Positions 48,977 to 58,578 of a DNA stretch of 59,207 nt are shown piece after piece. How positions within the stretch are numbered: the stretch's first letter is position 1; each line of letters opens with the position of its first letter. Made by a program: the position numbers and the translations under genes. The notes under the pieces were generated by a model. The model searched no databases. It saw only the letters and a list, made by a program, of their open reading frames with translations, and was not told the origin of the DNA. Origin of the DNA: Candidatus Onthoplasma sp. (lineage in GTDB: Bacteria > Bacillota > Clostridia > Christensenellales > UBA1242); the NCBI GenBank assembly GCA_045126575.1, contig JBGVOQ010000009.1, positions 1 to 59,207 of the forward strand. The letters run 5' to 3'.

Positions 48977-51154
48977 ATGAGAATTATTAAGCGTAGTGGG
49001 CAAGAAGTGCAATTTGATAACGCAAAAATCAAAAATGCAATTGTAAAAGCAAATTTATCCGTAAATGAGATGGGTAAGCGTTTAACTGACGCACAAATTG
49101 ATGATATTGTAAGCAAGGTTATCACTGAGTGTGAAAATGTTGGACGTGCTGTTCACGTTGAGGAGGTTCAGGACCTTGTAGAGCACCAAATCATGAAGGC
49201 TGGCGCTTTTGAGGTTGCCAAAAATTACATTACGTATAGATACAAACGTGCGTTGGTGCGTAAGGCTAACAGCACCGACCAACAAATTTTGTCACTGATT
49301 GAAGTAAACAATGAGGAAGTTAAGCAAGAAAATTCTAACAAAAATCCAACTGTTAACAGTGTTCAACGTGACTATATGGCTGGTGAGGTTAGTAAGGATA
49401 TCACAAAAAGATTTTTACTCCCAGCAGATATTGTTGAAGCTCATGACCAAGGTATAATCCACTTCCACGATATGGATTACTTTGCACAACATATGCACAA
49501 TTGTTGTCTTGTAAACCTTGAAGATATGTTGCAAAATGGAACAGTTATTAGTGGAACCAAGATTGATAAACCAAATTCATTTAGCACCGCTTGTAACATT
49601 GCTACCCAAATCGTAGCACAAGTGGCAAGTTCGCAATATGGTGGTCAAAGTATAAGTATTGCACACCTTGCACCATTTGTTGATATTAGCCGTCAAAAGA
49701 TTAGAAAGCAAGTTTGTGAAGAATTGATGGAAGCATGTGGCCACGTTGATGAAGGACTACTTAACCGCATAGTTGAAAAGCGTCTTGATAAGGAAATTCA
49801 AAATGGTGTACAAACCATTCAATATCAAGTAGTAACACTTATGACAACTAACGGCCAAGCACCATTTATTACTGAATTCTTATATCTAGGTGAAGCAAAG
49901 TCTGAGCAAGAACGCAAGGATATTGCAAAACTTATTGAGGAAACTTTGCGTCAACGTCACAAGGGTATTAAAAACGAAGCAGGTATTTACGTAACACCTG
50001 CATTCCCAAAACTTATTTATGTGCTTGAGGAGCAAAATATACATAAGGATAGCCCTTACTATTACCTAACCGAACTTGCTGCTAAGTGTACAGCAAAACG
50101 TATGGTTCCTGATTATATTTCTGAAAAGAAAATGCTTGAACTTAAGGTGGACAAAAATGGTAACGGAAATTGTTATCCATGTATGGGTTGCCGTAGTTTC
50201 TTAACACCTTATGTGGACGAAAATGGCAAGCCTAAGTATTATGGTAGATTTAACCAAGGCGTGGTTACCGTTAACCTTATTGACATTGCATTGTCGGCAG
50301 AAAATAATATGGACAAGTTCTGGGAAATATTCGACGAGCGTATGGAACTTTGCCATCGTGCATTACAATGCCGTCACGAGCGTTTAACAGGTACTATAAC
50401 TGATGTTGCGCCAATCTTGTGGCAACATGGAGCGCTTGCAAGGCTTAAGGCAGGTGATACAATTGACAGTTTGTTGCATGGTGGATATTCTACAATATCA
50501 TTAGGATATGCAGGCCTTTGGGAAACTGTATATGCCTTGATTGGTAAAAAGTTGACCGAAACTGAAGGCAAGGAACTTGGTATTAAAATACTAGAAAAAT
50601 TAAATGAATATACTAAGAAGTGGAAGATGGCGGAAAATATGGATTACTCGCTATATGGAACTCCACTTGAAAGTACTACATACAAATTTGCAAAGGCGCT
50701 TCAAAAACGTTTTGGCATAATCGAAGGTGTTACAGACAAAAACTATGTAACCAACTCATATCACGTACACGTTACTGAGCCTATTGATGCATTTAGCAAA
50801 CTTGCACTAGAAAGTGAATTCCAAGCACTTAGCCCTGGTGGCGCTATTAGTTATGTGGAAGTACCTAATATGCAAAACAATATCGAAGCGGTATTGCAGG
50901 TGATGAGATTTATTTATGACAACATTATGTACGCAGAATTAAACACAAAAAGTGACTATTGCCACGTTTGTAGTTATGATGGCGAAATTCAAGTAAAAGA
51001 TGATGACGGCAAACTAATTTGGGAATGTCCAAATTGCAAAAACCGTGACCAAACTAAGATGAACGTAGCAAGACGTACTTGCGGATATATTGGTTCACAA
51101 TTCTGGAACCAAGGACGTACAGCAGAAATTAAGGATAGGGTATTACATTTATAA
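48977..51154 (+). CDS. nrdD: Class III anaerobic ribonucleotide reductase
   Basis: N-terminal ATP cone, NCCL, MGCRS, CxxC...CxxC, RRTCGYIG glycyl-radical loop; start moved to ATG 48977. Confidence 0.98.
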   Translation: MRIIKRSGQEVQFDNAKIKNAIVKANLSVNEMGKRLTDAQIDDIVSKVITECENVGRAVHVEEVQDLVEHQIMKAGAFEVAKNYITYRYKRALVRKANSTDQQILSLIEVNNEEVKQENSNKNPTVNSVQRDYMAGEVSKDITKRFLLPADIVEAHDQGIIHFHDMDYFAQHMHNCCLVNLEDMLQNGTVISGTKIDKPNSFSTACNIATQIVAQVASSQYGGQSISIAHLAPFVDISRQKIRKQVCEELMEACGHVDEGLLNRIVEKRLDKEIQNGVQTIQYQVVTLMTTNGQAPFITEFLYLGEAKSEQERKDIAKLIEETLRQRHKGIKNEAGIYVTPAFPKLIYVLEEQNIHKDSPYYYLTELAAKCTAKRMVPDYISEKKMLELKVDKNGNGNCYPCMGCRSFLTPYVDENGKPKYYGRFNQGVVTVNLIDIALSAENNMDKFWEIFDERMELCHRALQCRHERLTGTITDVAPILWQHGALARLKAGDTIDSLLHGGYSTISLGYAGLWETVYALIGKKLTETEGKELGIKILEKLNEYTKKWKMAENMDYSLYGTPLESTTYKFAKALQKRFGIIEGVTDKNYVTNSYHVHVTEPIDAFSKLALESEFQALSPGGAISYVEVPNMQNNIEAVLQVMRFIYDNIMYAELNTKSDYCHVCSYDGEIQVKDDDGKLIWECPNCKNRDQTKMNVARRTCGYIGSQFWNQGRTAEIKDRVLHL

Positions 51155-51684
51155 TGCATTATGGCACAATTAAATTTAATGATATAGCCAATGGAGAGGG
51201 TGTTAGAGTTAGCCTTTTTGTTTCAGGGTGCACAAATCATTGCAAGGAGTGCTTTAATCCGGAAACATGGAATTTTGAATATGGTAATCCGTATACCGAG
51301 CAGACTGAAAAGCAAATATTAGATGCTTTAAAATCTGATTTTATAAATGGTTTAAGTTTGTTGGGAGGAGAGCCGTTTGAGCCAAGAAATCAACCAGTGT
51401 TACTAGATTTAGTTAAAAAGGTGCGTACACTTTATCCAAACAAAACAATTTGGGCGTACTCTGGGTTTAGGTTTGATGATGAACTATTAACCAAAGGCAG
51501 TTATCCTAATTGCGAATACACGTTAGAATTGCTTAAAAACATAGATATATTAGTTGACGGTCGATTTGACCGTGACCTTAAAAAGATTACACTTAATTTT
51601 AGAGGTTCTAGCAATCAACGCATAATTGATGTACAGCAATCATTAAATCAAAATAAAGTAGTACTATCACCATTAAATAATTAA
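51154..51684 (+). CDS. nrdG: Anaerobic RNR activating enzyme (radical SAM)
   Basis: DIANGEGVRVSLFVSGCTNHCKECFN, GGEPF, FRGSSNQRII. Confidence 0.98.
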   Translation: MHYGTIKFNDIANGEGVRVSLFVSGCTNHCKECFNPETWNFEYGNPYTEQTEKQILDALKSDFINGLSLLGGEPFEPRNQPVLLDLVKKVRTLYPNKTIWAYSGFRFDDELLTKGSYPNCEYTLELLKNIDILVDGRFDRDLKKITLNFRGSSNQRIIDVQQSLNQNKVVLSPLNN

Positions 51685-51831
51685 AGTAAAGTTTGATATG
51701 GCATATAGGTTGGATATTGTAATATCAAATAATAAAAATAGGAGATTATTATCTTCTATTTTTTTAATAAACTAAGTGTTAGAAGTTGAGATTTTTTTTT
51801 AGTAGTGATATAATAGTGGTAAGGATTAGTT

Positions 51832-52506
51832 ATGACTATAGTTAAAGATAAAAAATGTATTAAATATTTTTGTTTAGCGGGCATAATATTGTTATGCCTT
51901 TATTCTAATGCCCTTGCGCAAGTTTTTGTACCACTTTTTGATAACATTTATTACGGCAACCTTGTAAATATGTTCGTAGGATTAACCAGCGCACTTATTT
52001 GGGGTATCGAGGTGGCGGTAATTATTTTTGTTTGCAAAAAGTTGGATATCCAAATTTTTACACCAAAGGAGCAAAAGGGTAAGGAGTTACAAACTTGGCA
52101 AGTTATATTGTTATTTGTACTAACAATCCTACCAATGCTTATTATTAGTGCGTGCTTAAACTTTAAATTAAAGATTGTTTATGCATTAGGTGTAAGGGTT
52201 ACCACTATGGGACTGGCAGGCAATGTTGCCGAATTGTTGGCATATGCTGTACGTATGATTTTGATGGTAATGTTTATTGCTTGCATTCAAAAGGGATTTG
52301 AAATGATATTTAAAACTAAATACATTATTCCTTATGGAGCAATTTTGGCATTTTTGACTTTTGGGCTTATAGACTTTTTTGTGCTAGGTATGGATTTGCG
52401 AGCATTTTACTTAATAGTAAGTTTGATGTATGGCGTAATCTATTTGGTGGCTAACAAAAAGTTTGCGCTAACATGGTTACTATGCTATTTGATATATTTA
52501 TTGTAG
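51832..52506 (+). CDS. Polytopic membrane protein, unknown function
   Basis: ~6-7 hydrophobic segments; co-transcribed with LTA-synthase-like gene. Confidence 0.7.
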   Translation: MTIVKDKKCIKYFCLAGIILLCLYSNALAQVFVPLFDNIYYGNLVNMFVGLTSALIWGIEVAVIIFVCKKLDIQIFTPKEQKGKELQTWQVILLFVLTILPMLIISACLNFKLKIVYALGVRVTTMGLAGNVAELLAYAVRMILMVMFIACIQKGFEMIFKTKYIIPYGAILAFLTFGLIDFFVLGMDLRAFYLIVSLMYGVIYLVANKKFALTWLLCYLIYLL

Positions 52507-52513
52507 GTGAGTT

Positions 52514-54727
52514 ATGAAAAAGTTTTTTAAATCCAATGGCTTAATATGGATATATTTTGGTATAGCGCTATTTATTGAATTGCTAGCAGTTTTTGTAACT
52601 AGCGGAAAATTCTATATACGTATGCCATACATATATCTGCTTATACAATTGTTTATTATGGTTGCATTATTAGCAATTCCGTCCAATAAGGCAAGGCATA
52701 TTGTAACTTCACTATTGTTAATCGCATTTATGGTAATAAACTTAGTGTTTATTGTAATATATGAAATGACCGAAACAATTTTTGATTTTGGAATGTTTAG
52801 TTTGCGTAATGATGGTATGGCAATATTAGAATCAGTGCCAATTAACTTTACATTTTTTGCATTTTCGATGTTGGCAATATCTCTTTACATAGTGTTTGGC
52901 GCAAGACATATTAAATATGCCCAGCCGCCTGTAAGTATCAAGTGGTATTCTATACCAGCAATGATTGTTTCAATTGCAGGATTAGGCACATTGCTTTATG
53001 TAAATAATAAGGACTTTGAGCAAGATGTAACCGCAAAACTTTATCGTAGTAGTGAGGCGTCATACTGCGAATACGGAACAATAGGTAACTTTGTAAACGA
53101 ATTTGTTAAAGGTGTGTTTTTCAACAAAGTAAAACTTGGTGACCAACATCAACTAGAAAATTTTATATACGATACAAATTCTATTTACTCATCTAATTTT
53201 GACAATGGTCAGCAATATAATGTTGTAACCGTGCTTGTAGAGTCGCTAGAGTGGCATGCATTTACGCAAGATTTTGAATTGTTTGTAAATGGCCACAACA
53301 TAGACCATACAAAATATACCAAATCTAATGGTCAGACATATGCAGATGCAAACGAAATTTTACGTGAATTATTTCCAAACTTGTATAACTTCTACGATAC
53401 AGGCATTGTACTAAATAATTTCTATTCACGTGAAAAAACCGATATTTCCGAAAACTTTAGTATGATAGGTAATTATCCTACAAATTCGTATGTGAATTAT
53501 GATTTCCCTGAAAATGACATACCAACCAGTATGGCAAAAACGTTAAAAATACTAGATGAAGATATTTCGTGTAAATATTTCCATAACGGATTACAAGGAT
53601 TTTACAATCGTGATGAATATATGTTAAATATTGGTTTTGACGAGTGTTATTTTTCACCACAAATGCGCACACTAGGTATGACCGACTACAACTTTAAGGG
53701 TGAACGTAATTTAGATGCTGATATGATTGAATGTTGCGCTGATAAAATGTTCCCAACTAACCAACGTTTCTATACATATATCACCAGCATTACCATGCAC
53801 GGTCAATACACATATCGTAGCAACCTTGCTGAAAGAGGTTACTACAATGATATGGCAAAATTTGGCATAACATCATGGGGTGGGGATAGTTTTGAAGCCT
53901 TTAACCATAACAACTTTTATTACTACGTTGCATGCGTGATGGAGTTTGATAGAGCATTAGGAGTAATAATGCAAGAGTTGGAAGATAGAAATCTAATAGA
54001 TAACACAGTTATATGCCTATTTGGTGACCACAACACATATTACTCTAGTCTATCTAACTATGTAAAAGGTATAGAAGATACAAAGAATAGTAATTACACA
54101 AATCTATTTAGAGTGCCTTGTATGATTAAATCTCCTAATATAAGTAGCGTTGCTCAATATTTAAATACAACGCTGCTAGATGAAGTAAGTGCAAAACTAT
54201 TAGCCGATAATCAAACCTTAAGTATTGACCAGGCAAATCAATTGGCAACCGAATGGATTAATAATAGATATATTGTAGATAATTCTAGCAATCAAATCAT
54301 TGTGAAAAAGTTTATGTGCACGGCAGATATTCTACCAACATTACTTGATTTGTGCGGAATAAATGTTTATGGCAATATGTATTTTGGCCATTCTGCGTTT
54401 GAATATGATACAAGTGTATTGTACTCACGTGCTTACGATATATTTATTACCGACAATATGTATTTTGTTAGCTTAAATAATATTAAGTATATCCGTAGGG
54501 ATAATCCAAAAGCCAATAACGACCCTGCGCTTAAGTATGCAGATATTTCCAACTACGATAGCGAGCAACACATAAATGATGTGGAAATTGAGGCTAAAAA
54601 GTTGTTGGACAAATTAAGCATATGCAATCGAATTTTCTACAATGATTATTTCGGCAAAACAAATATTGATGATAAAACAAAAACAAATATGCAAATATTT
54701 ATTGATAAATTAAAGGAAATAAATTAG
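52514..54727 (+). CDS. LTA synthase-family (alkaline phosphatase/sulfatase superfamily) membrane protein
   Basis: ~5 N-terminal TMs; VLVESLE, KTDISE (putative catalytic Thr), TSITMHGQY, LFGDH, DILPTLLDL. Confidence 0.85.
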   Translation: MKKFFKSNGLIWIYFGIALFIELLAVFVTSGKFYIRMPYIYLLIQLFIMVALLAIPSNKARHIVTSLLLIAFMVINLVFIVIYEMTETIFDFGMFSLRNDGMAILESVPINFTFFAFSMLAISLYIVFGARHIKYAQPPVSIKWYSIPAMIVSIAGLGTLLYVNNKDFEQDVTAKLYRSSEASYCEYGTIGNFVNEFVKGVFFNKVKLGDQHQLENFIYDTNSIYSSNFDNGQQYNVVTVLVESLEWHAFTQDFELFVNGHNIDHTKYTKSNGQTYADANEILRELFPNLYNFYDTGIVLNNFYSREKTDISENFSMIGNYPTNSYVNYDFPENDIPTSMAKTLKILDEDISCKYFHNGLQGFYNRDEYMLNIGFDECYFSPQMRTLGMTDYNFKGERNLDADMIECCADKMFPTNQRFYTYITSITMHGQYTYRSNLAERGYYNDMAKFGITSWGGDSFEAFNHNNFYYYVACVMEFDRALGVIMQELEDRNLIDNTVICLFGDHNTYYSSLSNYVKGIEDTKNSNYTNLFRVPCMIKSPNISSVAQYLNTTLLDEVSAKLLADNQTLSIDQANQLATEWINNRYIVDNSSNQIIVKKFMCTADILPTLLDLCGINVYGNMYFGHSAFEYDTSVLYSRAYDIFITDNMYFVSLNNIKYIRRDNPKANNDPALKYADISNYDSEQHINDVEIEAKKLLDKLSICNRIFYNDYFGKTNIDDKTKTNMQIFIDKLKEIN

Positions 54728-54739
54728 GGGAGGTAAAGT

Positions 54740-55009
54740 ATGGGTTTCTTTATGGTTTTAATTCCAATAGGGGTATTTGTTGTTGCGTTTTTATTTATTG
54801 CATCGGTTGCATTTAGTTCATTTAAAAAGGCTAAAAAAACTACAGACAAGGCAATACCTGTAATTGAGCAACGTTTTAACGAGCATTTAAGTAAAATATC
54901 TACTGCCACTACGCCAAAGCCTGTGGAAAGGGTATGTGAGTATTGCGGCTCAACAATTGCAAACGGCGCAAACAAGTGCGATTCCTGTGGCGCAAAAGCT
55001 AAAAAGTAA
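54740..55009 (+). CDS. Membrane-anchored zinc-ribbon protein
   Basis: N-terminal TM; CEYCGS...CDSCGA; RBS GGAGG. Confidence 0.8.
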   Translation: MGFFMVLIPIGVFVVAFLFIASVAFSSFKKAKKTTDKAIPVIEQRFNEHLSKISTATTPKPVERVCEYCGSTIANGANKCDSCGAKAKK

Positions 55010-55060
55010 TTAACTATAATTATTGGGTGACATATATTGTTTAATATAATTGGTAATATA

Positions 55061-55090
55061 AAAATAAAGCGTTGATTAACGCTTTATTTT
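55061..55090. terminator. Bidirectional terminator
   Basis: AAAATAAAGCGTT-GATT-AACGCTTTATTTT between convergent genes. Confidence 0.8.
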
Positions 55091-55398
55091 TGTTGATAAC
55101 TGTTGCACGGAGCGCTAGTTTTTGCCGAACCTACAAATATGCCATTAGACATACATTCACCATCTTTGTTAAATAAGCATTTTTTGCTACCACATTTTAT
55201 ATCAATGCATTTGCAGTGGCGGAATGGTGCAATCTCAGGTTCGTGCTCAAACATATCTCTCGATACGTCTTCCACAGGCTTGGAATCGTCAATTGCAATA
55301 TCATCACAATATGCCGACTTGCTAATATTTAAGTGCTTGCGTTCGCATTTCATATTTTTGTTGTAAGTACAACTATATTTTCTACATACTATATCCAT
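55084..55398 (-). CDS. Cys-rich DUF1540-like tandem-domain protein
   Basis: Two C-x4-C-x-[YF]N-x4-C...C repeats. Confidence 0.7.
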   Translation of the reverse strand: MDIVCRKYSCTYNKNMKCERKHLNISKSAYCDDIAIDDSKPVEDVSRDMFEHEPEIAPFRHCKCIDIKCGSKKCLFNKDGECMSNGIFVGSAKTSAPCNSYQQK

Positions 55399-55530
55399 AA
55401 ATTCACCTTATTGTTATTATTCTCAGTTTATTGTTTATTATTACGTGTTAATTAAAATTTTTAAAATTATAAATACAATAGATATTGACAAATGTAAAAT
55501 ATGTGCTAATATATAGAAGGAGGTGACAAA

Positions 55531-56073
55531 ATGGAAGTTAGATTGTTAAAATATTGCCGACAAGGTGAAACGGGTGAAATAGTTAATATTCGTCCATTTT
55601 TTGCTAAAAGTTTAATCAAACGAGGATTAGCAGAAGTTTGTGAGCCAGTTTTTAGAGTGGGAGAATTATGTTTAGCTGAAATTGGCAAGGTTCAAGCTAG
55701 TGAAGATTACACTTGGCGTAAGGATGATATTAGCGATATTGCTTTTTGGATGGAAACTGGTGAATTTGCAATATTTGTTCATTTCCCACCACGTTTTAGA
55801 AAATTTATATTTGTTGGTGGCGATTATTATTATAGAGTGTCAGATGGCGAAAGATATTCAGGTGACAATTGTATTAACAATTTTAAAATAAAAAAAGATG
55901 ATATAGTTGTAAATCATAAGTCTGTTCAGTCCATTTGTGATATGGATGAAGAATTACGTAACCGTGGTTGGGATAAAAATACGGAATTGACTGTTCCTCA
56001 AATAAAAAAATTTGAACAAGAACTTAATGAGAAATATCATTATTGGATTGGTGCTACTAAATACGTTAGATAA
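55531..56073 (+). CDS. Hypothetical (orphan) protein, 180 aa
   Basis: TTGACA promoter at 55485, RBS AAGGAGGTG; no recognisable family. Confidence 0.72.
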   Translation: MEVRLLKYCRQGETGEIVNIRPFFAKSLIKRGLAEVCEPVFRVGELCLAEIGKVQASEDYTWRKDDISDIAFWMETGEFAIFVHFPPRFRKFIFVGGDYYYRVSDGERYSGDNCINNFKIKKDDIVVNHKSVQSICDMDEELRNRGWDKNTELTVPQIKKFEQELNEKYHYWIGATKYVR

Positions 56074-56151
56074 TTAAAGTATCATTAAATATGTATAAAA
56101 ATTTTGACTTTTATTAAAATGTGTGCTACAATAACATTAAGGGAGAATATT

Positions 56152-56598
56152 ATGAAAGTTATATTAATTCAAGACCTTAAAGGTAAGGGCAAAAAGGGTG
56201 ATGTTATTGACGTTAATCCAACCTATGCTATGAATGTGTTAATCAAGCAAAAAATTGCAATAGAGGCAACTGCAAACAACCTTAACGAAAATAAGGGACA
56301 GAAAAATGCACAAGCCTTCCACCATGGCGAACTTGTAAAAAAATATCAAGCCATTGCTGATAGTTTGAAAGATAAAACTATTACAGTTGGTCTTAAATTT
56401 GGTGCTAACGGCAAGGCTTTTGGTTCTATTACTAAACAGGAAGTATTTAATAAATTGGTTGAACTAAATATCCCAGCCGAAAAAAAGATGATATTAGACT
56501 TTGAACCAATCAAAACAATAGGCGACTACAAGGTAACCATCCAATTTATGAAGGAAGTTAAGTGTGAAATCAAGGTTCAAGTAGTTGAAGCAAAATAA
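56152..56598 (+). CDS. rplI: 50S ribosomal protein L9
   Basis: MKVILIQDLKGKGKKGDVIDV, GKAFGSIT, PIKTIG; own promoter TTGACT-N17-TACAAT (56104-56132); terminator 56612-56647. Confidence 0.97.
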   Translation: MKVILIQDLKGKGKKGDVIDVNPTYAMNVLIKQKIAIEATANNLNENKGQKNAQAFHHGELVKKYQAIADSLKDKTITVGLKFGANGKAFGSITKQEVFNKLVELNIPAEKKMILDFEPIKTIGDYKVTIQFMKEVKCEIKVQVVEAK

Positions 56599-56673
56599 TT
56601 TTGAGATAAACAAAAACAGGGAGTGATTAATACGTCCCTGTTTTTTTAATTTCAATATTGATATTTCTATATG

Positions 56674-57825
56674 CTATTTTAGTGCAGCGACTTCATATGA
56701 GCCTTTTGCAATTTTGTCTAATAACTTATTAATGTCATCTATGGTTAATTTGAATTTATAATCAAGATTTTTTTTGCCGTCATAAAAATAAAATGTTTTA
56801 TTAAAGTCATGAAAATATCTTCCGTGGCATAACGAGTTTCGTGTATGTCTCACATCATCGGTTGTAATATTAGGGACACAACCGTTTAACATTGTTTCAA
56901 TTTCTGCATTTGTTTGAGTTGATGCAACGGTAAACATAAGGTTGGATATTAATGCGAAATAAAAGTTTACAAAACCATCACGTTCTGCTAGGGTGGGGAA
57001 TTGGGTGGTTAAATCCTTCCAACTACTGCCGGACGACATACTATGCATTATTGTTAGTGCTTGTAATTTTTCACCAAATAGTGACTCGGCATCTTCAGCA
57101 AAGTGGAAAGAGTTTTTTAGTAGTAATTCATTGCCAATTATATCCATATTGTTTTTCATATACCTAAAATATGTGTATATACGCTCAATTTGATTGTTAT
57201 CCAAATTGATAGTAGGATTTCCAGCATCATCCAAAATTTTGATATTATCCTTGATTTCGGTTCGTGTTTTGATAGTACTTACAGGCTTTATATAAATTTC
57301 GCCATAAATTTTATTTTTCTTAACATTAGATTTTAGAACATAAATTAAGTCAATTAGTTGTTTGAATGATAAAGTGACGATATAATCTTGACCATTAACT
57401 TTGCCTAAATTTAATTTAAAACCATTTAAATCATAAACAAAGTTAGGATTTGTGGTGCTGTTGTGCACGATTGACTCACGGATACGCTTGTACAACTCTC
57501 GATTGTTAAAAGGTAGAGGTTTACCATCTGTGGCAATTTGTGATTTGATAACCCTTAAAATGTTTTTTTCATTAGCCAAACCTTCATCAAATCTGGTTAA
57601 ATCATTGGCCCAAAGTTGGTTAAGTAGTGAAAAAACCTCCTTTACTAGATTCACGCAAACATCACTACGTATAGATTCGGTTGCAGCTGTCGTGTTTTCA
57701 CGTACATGATTTCTAACAAAGGCATATAGCGGTTTATCGGTAGTTTTATACATCTTAGGTAAAATACTAATTAATATATTGTGCAAAACAACACTTTCTT
57801 GCAAACTTCTTTCAACATTACTCAT
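56674..57825 (-). CDS. 383-aa protein with two HEPN-like RxxxxH motifs (putative RNase toxin/defence protein)
   Basis: R116-ESIV-H121 and R329-NSLC-H334, each at the end of a helix and followed by short beta strands; family assignment is inference. Confidence 0.6.
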   Translation of the reverse strand: MSNVERSLQESVVLHNILISILPKMYKTTDKPLYAFVRNHVRENTTAATESIRSDVCVNLVKEVFSLLNQLWANDLTRFDEGLANEKNILRVIKSQIATDGKPLPFNNRELYKRIRESIVHNSTTNPNFVYDLNGFKLNLGKVNGQDYIVTLSFKQLIDLIYVLKSNVKKNKIYGEIYIKPVSTIKTRTEIKDNIKILDDAGNPTINLDNNQIERIYTYFRYMKNNMDIIGNELLLKNSFHFAEDAESLFGEKLQALTIMHSMSSGSSWKDLTTQFPTLAERDGFVNFYFALISNLMFTVASTQTNAEIETMLNGCVPNITTDDVRHTRNSLCHGRYFHDFNKTFYFYDGKKNLDYKFKLTIDDINKLLDKIAKGSYEVAALK

Positions 57826-57927
57826 ATATATATGATAGCATAAAATACCCCAATATGCAATAAGTAATTTAAAATATTTTGGTTAAAAACAATGCGTTAA
57901 GCAAATTCTAGGACTCCAACTATGTAT

Positions 57928-57979
57928 GAAATAAAAAATATCTCACCCATACGGATGAGATATGGTTTGCCGCCTCGAG
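57928..57979 (-). repeat. att-like direct repeat: degenerate tRNA-Asn 3' end plus terminator
   Basis: 47/52 nt identical (hand count) to 59117-59168; core TGCCGCCTCGAG versus TGGCGCCTCGAG. Confidence 0.9.
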
Positions 57980-58578
57980 GGTGAGTGCGTAAAGAAAAGT
58001 TGCCAGTGGCAAGTTTTTGGCAAACGAACGGGAGCAACTTGTTGCGGTCCGGGTCCGACAGGACTTCCGTTTTTTATCCGCCTCAGCAAATCAGCCATTA
58101 TTCAAGATGTAAATACCTTGCAAATTTCACACTTGCAAACACATTAAATTTTCAAATTTTAAGTTTGTTGGAAATGTTTGAGATTTTGAAGTTGAAAGGT
58201 TGGAAGATTAAGTTTATTTAAAATGCAACAAATTACTTATTTTTGTAGTTGTGGCACATTTAACACTTCTCTACGATACATTTCTGATTTTACAACATTG
58301 ATTCTTTGTTTGATTGATTTACCATAACGCTTATAATCTTCATCATCTAAACCTGATAATCGATTTTCATAATGTTTTAATAAATCTTTTAAATCTTCAT
58401 CAGATCTTGATTTTAATCGAACCGACATTCTTCTTAATACTAATCTAGGTAATATCATATTAACTCCTTTGATACTTTTATTATAGCATAAATTGTCTAT
58501 TCTTTCAAGATGTAATTTAAGAAAACTTGATTTTCTTAAAAAATGAAAAAAGACTTAGGTTAATTCCTAAGTCTTATT
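57968..58578 (-). mobile_element. tRNA-anchored gene cassette 2 (611 bp, non-autonomous)
   Basis: Bounded by tRNA 3' core copies at 57968 and 58579; contains conserved arm, orphan ORF, promoter and terminator. Confidence 0.65.
58237..58458 (-). CDS. Small basic hypothetical protein, 73 aa (cassette cargo)
   Basis: RBS AAAGGAG; promoter TTGAAA...TGC-TATAAT. Confidence 0.72.
   Translation of the reverse strand: MILPRLVLRRMSVRLKSRSDEDLKDLLKHYENRLSGLDDEDYKRYGKSIKQRINVVKSEMYRREVLNVPQLQK

Noticed and set aside
55531-55640. L9-like N-terminus in the orphan upstream of rplI (MEVRLLK...GEIVNIRPFFAKSLIKRGLA)
   Set aside because: The resemblance to the L9 N-domain pattern is short and I cannot distinguish it from chance without a profile search; the rest of the protein is unrelated
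2538-57709. Numerous 60-130-aa antisense or out-of-frame ORFs overlapping real genes
   Set aside because: Shadow ORFs of strongly biased coding sequence, lacking RBS or recognisable motifs
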